IMG/VR virus record: IMGVR_UViG_2740892431_000001
Length of the DNA: 6,963 nucleotides
Direction: 5' to 3' (one strand)
From: a virus
Taxonomy: Duplodnaviria; Heunggongvirae; Uroviricota; Caudoviricetes
In this document: positions 1 through 6,963 of the stretch, piece after piece
Layout of the letters: every line of letters starts with the position of its first letter
How positions within the stretch are numbered: the stretch's first letter is position 1
Position numbers and translations under genes: made by a program
The notes under the pieces: model-generated
Told to the model about the DNA's origin: nothing
The model's input: only the letters and a program-made list of their open reading frames with translations
Database searches by the model: none

Positions 1-531
1 GTGGACTTGTCACGCTTGCTCCACTCCGTGCCGCCGGACTGCGTGATGTTATTCGCCGCACTGCGGCCCATATCCACCTCAACCGGATCGAAGGCTTCAC
101 CGGTCATGGTGTATTTGCCCTTAAGCACGGCAGAAACGGCCTGCATCTCTTCGACCTGAGCAATGGCCAGCTCTTCGTCACGCATGTTCTGCATGATGAT
201 GCGACGGCGGCGGTAAGCCGGGTCCGCCAGATTCTGCGGATCTTCATCCGGCAGGCGACGCAGGGTCATCTGCGGATTCACCTCATGCTTCGGCTTGACA
301 TATCCCGGCGTAAATTCAGAGGTGGAGCCGCCACGGGAACGGATAACCTCACCGGAAACAATCGGCGAAACGTACAGCGCCATGTTTACCAGTCCCGGAA
401 TTTGTGAGAGATAGACTTTCTCCGTGGTGAAGGGATAGCTCTCACGGAAAAAGAGACGCAGAAACAGCGGATCAAACTTAAATTTCTGCTCATTTGCCGC
501 CAGCAGCTGGGCGGTTGTGTACATCGACATA
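1..531 (-). CDS. E: Major capsid protein gpE, N-terminal 177 codons; the gene continues past the window start
   Basis: ATG at 531..529 on the minus strand; my own translation reads MSMYTTAQLLAANEQKFKFDPLFLRLFFRESYPFTTEKVYLSQIPGLVNMALYVSPIVSGEVIRSRGG..., which I recognise as lambda gpE. It is not in the ORF track because it runs off the window edge. The spacing to D (about 55 bp) matches lambda. Confidence 0.9.
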
Positions 532-543
532 AAAAAATCCCGT

Positions 544-564
544 AAAAAAAGCCGCACAGGCGGC
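544..564 (-). terminator. Short GC hairpin (GCCGC-acag-GCGGC) followed by a T-run on the minus strand, in the D-E intergenic spacer; possible weak terminator or RNA structural element
   Basis: Plus strand 544..550 is aaaaaaa (a U-run on the minus-strand transcript) and 551..564 is gccgcacaggcggc, a perfect 5-bp inverted repeat with a 4-nt loop. The stem is short, so this is a weak call. Confidence 0.25.
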
Positions 565-585
565 CTTTAGTGATGAAGGGTAAAG

Positions 586-918
586 TTAAACGATGCTGAT
601 TGCCGTTCCGGCAAACGCGGTCCGTTTTTTCGTCTCGTCGCTGGCAGCCTCCGGCCAGAGCACATCCTCATAACGGAACGTGCCGGACTTGTAGAACGTC
701 AGCGTGGTGCTGGTCTGGTCAGCTGCAACAGCCAGAATGCCAACGGCAGCACCGTCGGTGGTGCCATCCCACGCAACCAGCTTACGGGTGGCGGTGTCAA
801 GCATCAGCGGAGTCATTGCAGGCGCTTTCGCACTCAATCCGCCGGGCGCGGTTGCGGTATGAGCCGGGTCACTGTTGCCCAGCGGCTGGTAATGGGTAAA
901 GGTTTCTTTGCTCGTCAT
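586..918 (-). CDS. D: Head decoration protein gpD (110 aa)
   Basis: ORF 586..924; the likely true start is the second ATG at 918..916 ([12 protein letters not shown]...), with stop TAA at 588..586. The protein is recognisable as lambda gpD, and there are 9 nt between the C stop and the D start as in lambda. Confidence 0.9.
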   Translation of the reverse strand: MTSKETFTHYQPLGNSDPAHTATAPGGLSAKAPAMTPLMLDTATRKLVAWDGTTDGAAVGILAVAADQTSTTLTFYKSGTFRYEDVLWPEAASDETKKRTAFAGTAISIV

Positions 919-927
919 AAACATCCC

Positions 928-1533
928 TTACACTGGTGTGTTCAGCAAATCGTTAACGGCATCAGATGCCGGGTTACCTGCAGCCAGTGGTGCCGGTGCA
1001 CCCTGCATCAGACGATCCAGCGCAGTGTCACTGCGCGCCTGTGCACTCTGTGGTGCTGCGGCCAGAATGCGGCGGGCCGTTTCCACGGTCATTCCGGGGG
1101 TTTCTGCCAGCACGCGCGCCTGTTCTTCGCGTCCGTGAGCCTCCTCACAGTTGAGGATCCCCATAATGCGGCTGTTTTCTGCCGCAACCGCTGCGGTGAT
1201 CTGCGCGTTCACGTCCGGCTGCGCCGCGCTGGCGTTTTCGCCCTCCGTCGCTTGCACCACGTCAGTAACGTCAGCCTGCGAAGCGGTGGCTGAAACAGTT
1301 GTTGATTGAGTCTCTTTGGTCATTCGCCCTCCTGAGAGACGGGATTTACGTGCATCCAGTGCATCACGCATGACGGTGATCGCATCGGTGCTGTTAACAA
1401 GTTCATCAGCCAGTCCGGCATCAATGGCCTCCTGACCGCTGTACACTGCAGCCTCGGTATCCAGCACAGCCTGCACGGACAGGCCGGTATATGCCGACAC
1501 CTTCTGCGCAAACATCCGGCGGGTTGCATCCAT
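928..1533 (-). CDS. Nu3: Capsid scaffolding protein gpNu3 (201 aa), translated from an internal in-frame start within the C reading frame
   Basis: ATG at 1533..1531 gives MDATRRMFAQKVSAYTGLSVQ... through to the shared stop at 930..928. In lambda Nu3 is the in-frame C-terminal part of the C ORF. It lies downstream of all four duplications and so is intact. Confidence 0.8.
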   Translation of the reverse strand: MDATRRMFAQKVSAYTGLSVQAVLDTEAAVYSGQEAIDAGLADELVNSTDAITVMRDALDARKSRLSGGRMTKETQSTTVSATASQADVTDVVQATEGENASAAQPDVNAQITAAVAAENSRIMGILNCEEAHGREEQARVLAETPGMTVETARRILAAAPQSAQARSDTALDRLMQGAPAPLAAGNPASDAVNDLLNTPV

Positions 1534-1729
1534 CCGGGACTGCAGTGTCTCCCGGACGTCATCCGGAAGATGGCTGTAGGGGTTGCCATCCACCTTATGG
1601 CTGCCGCTGTAAATCAGCGTGATTTCCACGCCCTGTTTCTCCAGCGCAGCACCGTAATTACTGTGAGCCATCATGACGCCGATGGAGCCTGTCCGGGCGG
1701 TCTGCGTGACCAGACGCCGGGAGGCGGCA

Positions 1730-1905
1730 CTGGCAAGCAGCTGACCTGCGCTGCAGTTCATGTCATTGGCCAGCGCCCATACCGGCTTTATGTCACGCAC
1801 ACGGGCGATGATGTCAAGCTGGCAAGCAGCTGACCTGCACTGCAGTTCATGTCGTTGGCCAGCGCCCATACCGGTTTTATGTCACGCACACGGGCGATGA
1901 TGTCA
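1730..1905. repeat. Imperfect tandem duplication, 2 x 89 bp
   Basis: Unit at about 1730..1816 is repeated at about 1819..1905 (for example ggcaagcagctgacctgc at 1732 and 1821; gatgatgtca ending at 1816 and 1905). There are 3 mismatches. The period of 89 is not a multiple of 3. Both copies encode DIIARVRDIKPVWALANDMNCSAGQLLAS. Confidence 0.9.
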
Positions 1906-1919
1906 GCGCAGTCAAATGC

Positions 1920-2030
1920 CCCTGCCACCATCCCGCCTGGCGTATCCATATCGAGCAGAATGCCGTCCACCATCATCCCTGCCACCATTCCGCCGGGCGT
2001 GTCCATATCGAGCAGAATGCCGTCCACCAT
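1920..2030. repeat. Imperfect tandem duplication, period 57 bp (in frame, 19 codons)
   Basis: ccctgccaccat...gccgtccaccat at 1920..1973 is repeated at 1977..2030, with 3 mismatches. Both copies encode MVDGILLDMDTPGGMVAG, and ORF 1788..2159 reads ...GGMVAGMMVDGILLDMDTPGGMVAGAFDC... Confidence 0.9.
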
Positions 2031-2095
2031 CGGGTCACTGGCAGCCTGTTGCAGACGGGCGATAATGCCGTTGTAACCGGTCATCCCCGAATAAG

Positions 2096-2223
2096 GCTGC
2101 AGCGCCCGCGTCCGGCTGACCAGCGTACCGGACACCGGCAGCACGGCGATGCCGTTCACGGCTGCAGCGCCCGCGTCCGACTGACCAGCGTGCCGGACAC
2201 CGGCAGCACGGCGATGCCGTTCA
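2096..2223. repeat. Imperfect tandem duplication, 2 x 65 bp
   Basis: gctgcagcgcccgcgtcc begins at 2096 and again at 2161; gcgatgccgttca ends at 2158 and 2223. There are 2 mismatches. The period of 65 is not a multiple of 3. Both copies encode (V)MNGIAVLPVSGTLVSRTRALQP. Confidence 0.9.
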
Positions 2224-2252
2224 TGACCTGATAACTGCGGGCCTGCCGTGAT

Positions 2253-2386
2253 CGTGGTCCGTCGCCATCACCGACTAACGCCAGCGTCGCGGGTGCCTCT
2301 CCGGCAGTCAGGCTGTCACCGTGGTCCGTCATCATCAACGGATAACGCCAGCGCCGCGGGTGCCTCTCCGGCAGTCAGGCTGTCGC
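2253..2386. repeat. Imperfect tandem duplication, 2 x 67 bp, the most diverged pair
   Basis: cgtggtccgtc begins at 2253 and again at 2320; gggtgcctctccggcagtcaggctgtc begins at 2291 and again at 2358. There are about 7 mismatches. The period of 67 is not a multiple of 3. The copies encode DSLTAGEAPATLALVGDGDGPR and DSLTAGEAPAALALSVDDDGPR. Confidence 0.85.
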
Positions 2387-2511
2387 CGGATACCGCATCC
2401 GTCAGGCGGCTGATCCCAAGCTGGCCTGCAAGCGCACAAAAGAAAACCCGCGCATAGGCGGGTTCAAGCATCAGCGGCTCATTAAAGGCCATACTGGTAA
2501 TATGCGGGAGA

Positions 2512-6212
<3,701 letters not shown>

Positions 6213-6238
<26 letters not shown>

Positions 6239-6758
6239 TCAGCAACCCCGGTATCAGTTCATCCAGCGCGGCTGCTTTGTTCATGGCTTTGATGATATCC
6301 CGTTTCAGGAAATCAACATGTCGGTTTTCCAGTTCCGGAAAACGCCGCTGCACCGACAGGGGGATCCCGTCGAGAATACTGGCAATTTCACCTGCGATCC
6401 GCGACAACACGAAAGTACAGAATGCGGTTTCCACCACTTCAGCGGAGTCTCTGGCATTCTTCAGTTCCTGTGCGTCGGCCTGCGCACGCGTAAGTCGGTG
6501 GCGTTCGTACTCAATAGTCCCTGGCTGGAGATCTGCCTCGCTGGCCTGCCGCAGTTCTTCAACCTCCCGGCGCAGCTTTTCGTTCTCAATTTCAGCATCC
6601 CTTTCGGCATACCATTTTATGACGGCGGCAGAGTCATAAAGCACCTCATTACCCTTGCCACCGCCTCGCAGAACGGGCATTCCCTGTTCCTGCCAGTTCT
6701 GAATGGTACGGATACTCGCACCGAAAATGTCAGCCAGCTGCTTTTTGTTGACTTCCAT
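6213..6758 (-). CDS. Nu1: Terminase small subunit gpNu1 (181 aa; cosB-binding subunit)
   Basis: ORF 6213..6758 (MEVNKKQLADIFGASIRTIQNWQEQGMPVLRGGGKGNEVLYDSAAVIKWYAERD...) is recognisable as lambda Nu1. ATG at 6758..6756, stop TAA at 6215..6213. Confidence 0.95.
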
Positions 6759-6782
6759 TGCTCATTCCACGGACAAAAACAG

Positions 6783-6894
6783 AGAAAGGAAACGACAGAG
6801 GCCAAAAAGCTCGCTTTCAGCACCTGTCGTTTCCTTTCTTTTCAGGGGGTATTTTAAATAAAAACATTAAGTTACGACGAAGAAGAACGGAAAC
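6783..6894 (-). promoter_or_regulatory. cosB: cosB: the three gpNu1 binding elements R1 (6783..6794), R2 (6828..6839) and R3 (6883..6894)
   Basis: Plus strand has agaaaggaaacg at 6783..6794, cgtttcctttct at 6828..6839 and agaacggaaacg at 6883..6894. These are the lambda R-site 12-mers (CGTTTCC(T/G)TTCT), with R2 inverted relative to R1 and R3, at lambda-like spacing upstream of Nu1. Confidence 0.85.
6846..6880. promoter_or_regulatory. AT-rich segment between R3 and R2, where the IHF site I1 of cosB sits in lambda
   Basis: gtattttaaataaaaacattaagttacgacg is strongly AT-rich and lies between R2 and R3. The exact IHF core cannot be fixed without a motif scan. Confidence 0.45.
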
Positions 6895-6935
6895 GCCTTA
6901 AACCGGAAAATTTTCATAAATAGCGAAAACCCGCG

Positions 6936-6947
6936 AGGTCGCCGCCC
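6936..6947. other. cosN: cosN: the 12-nt cohesive-end sequence (GGGCGGCGACCT on the minus strand), here joined to right-end sequence
   Basis: Plus strand 6936..6947 is aggtcgccgccc, the reverse complement of the lambda left-end 12-mer. It is followed at 6948..6963 by cgtaacctgtcggatc, which reverse-complements to a sequence ending ...ACAGGTTACG, my recollection of the lambda right terminus. Confidence 0.85.
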
Positions 6948-6963
6948 CGTAACCTGTCGGATC

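Noticed and set aside
919-924. First ATG of ORF 586..924 (MFMTSKE...) as the D start
   Set aside because: The gpD protein I recall begins MTSKETF, and starting at 918 gives the lambda-like 9-nt C-D spacer, so 918 was used. The choice moves the start by only two codons.
1320-1589. 89-aa minus-strand ORF overlapping the Nu3 start in another frame
   Set aside because: It is out of frame with C/Nu3, its translation is Cys/Arg/Pro-rich, and it has no counterpart in the lambda gene set. It is a frame artefact.
1730-2386. The duplication cluster as a CRISPR array or minisatellite
   Set aside because: There are only two copies of each unit, the units have four different sequences and lengths, there are no conserved repeats separated by unique spacers, and each unit is simply a reiterated piece of C coding sequence.

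Overview
This window is the head-morphogenesis and DNA-packaging module of a lambda-like (lambdoid) phage or prophage, lying reverse-complemented so that every gene is on the minus strand. Read from high to low coordinates it runs: cos site (cosN plus cosB with R3/R2/R1), Nu1 (small terminase), A (large terminase), W, B (portal), C (head protease), Nu3 (scaffold, nested in-frame in C), D (decoration protein) and the 5' half of E (major capsid protein). Calls rest on recognising the translated ORFs as the lambda proteins from memory and on the canonical overlapping gene junctions; no database search was possible. Coding density is close to 100% and I find no unassigned coding space that could hold a novel system. 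The one real anomaly is a cluster of four imperfect tandem duplications (periods 89, 57, 65 and 67 bp) inside gene C between about 1730 and 2386. Three of them break the reading frame, so C is split into four ORF fragments while Nu3 keeps its own start. The two copies within each of the first three duplications differ only at synonymous codon positions, which looks more like two related alleles laid end to end (an assembly or recombination artefact) than duplication followed by decay. The window also crosses a joined cos site, so the source molecule is circular, concatemeric or an integrated prophage rather than linear virion DNA.
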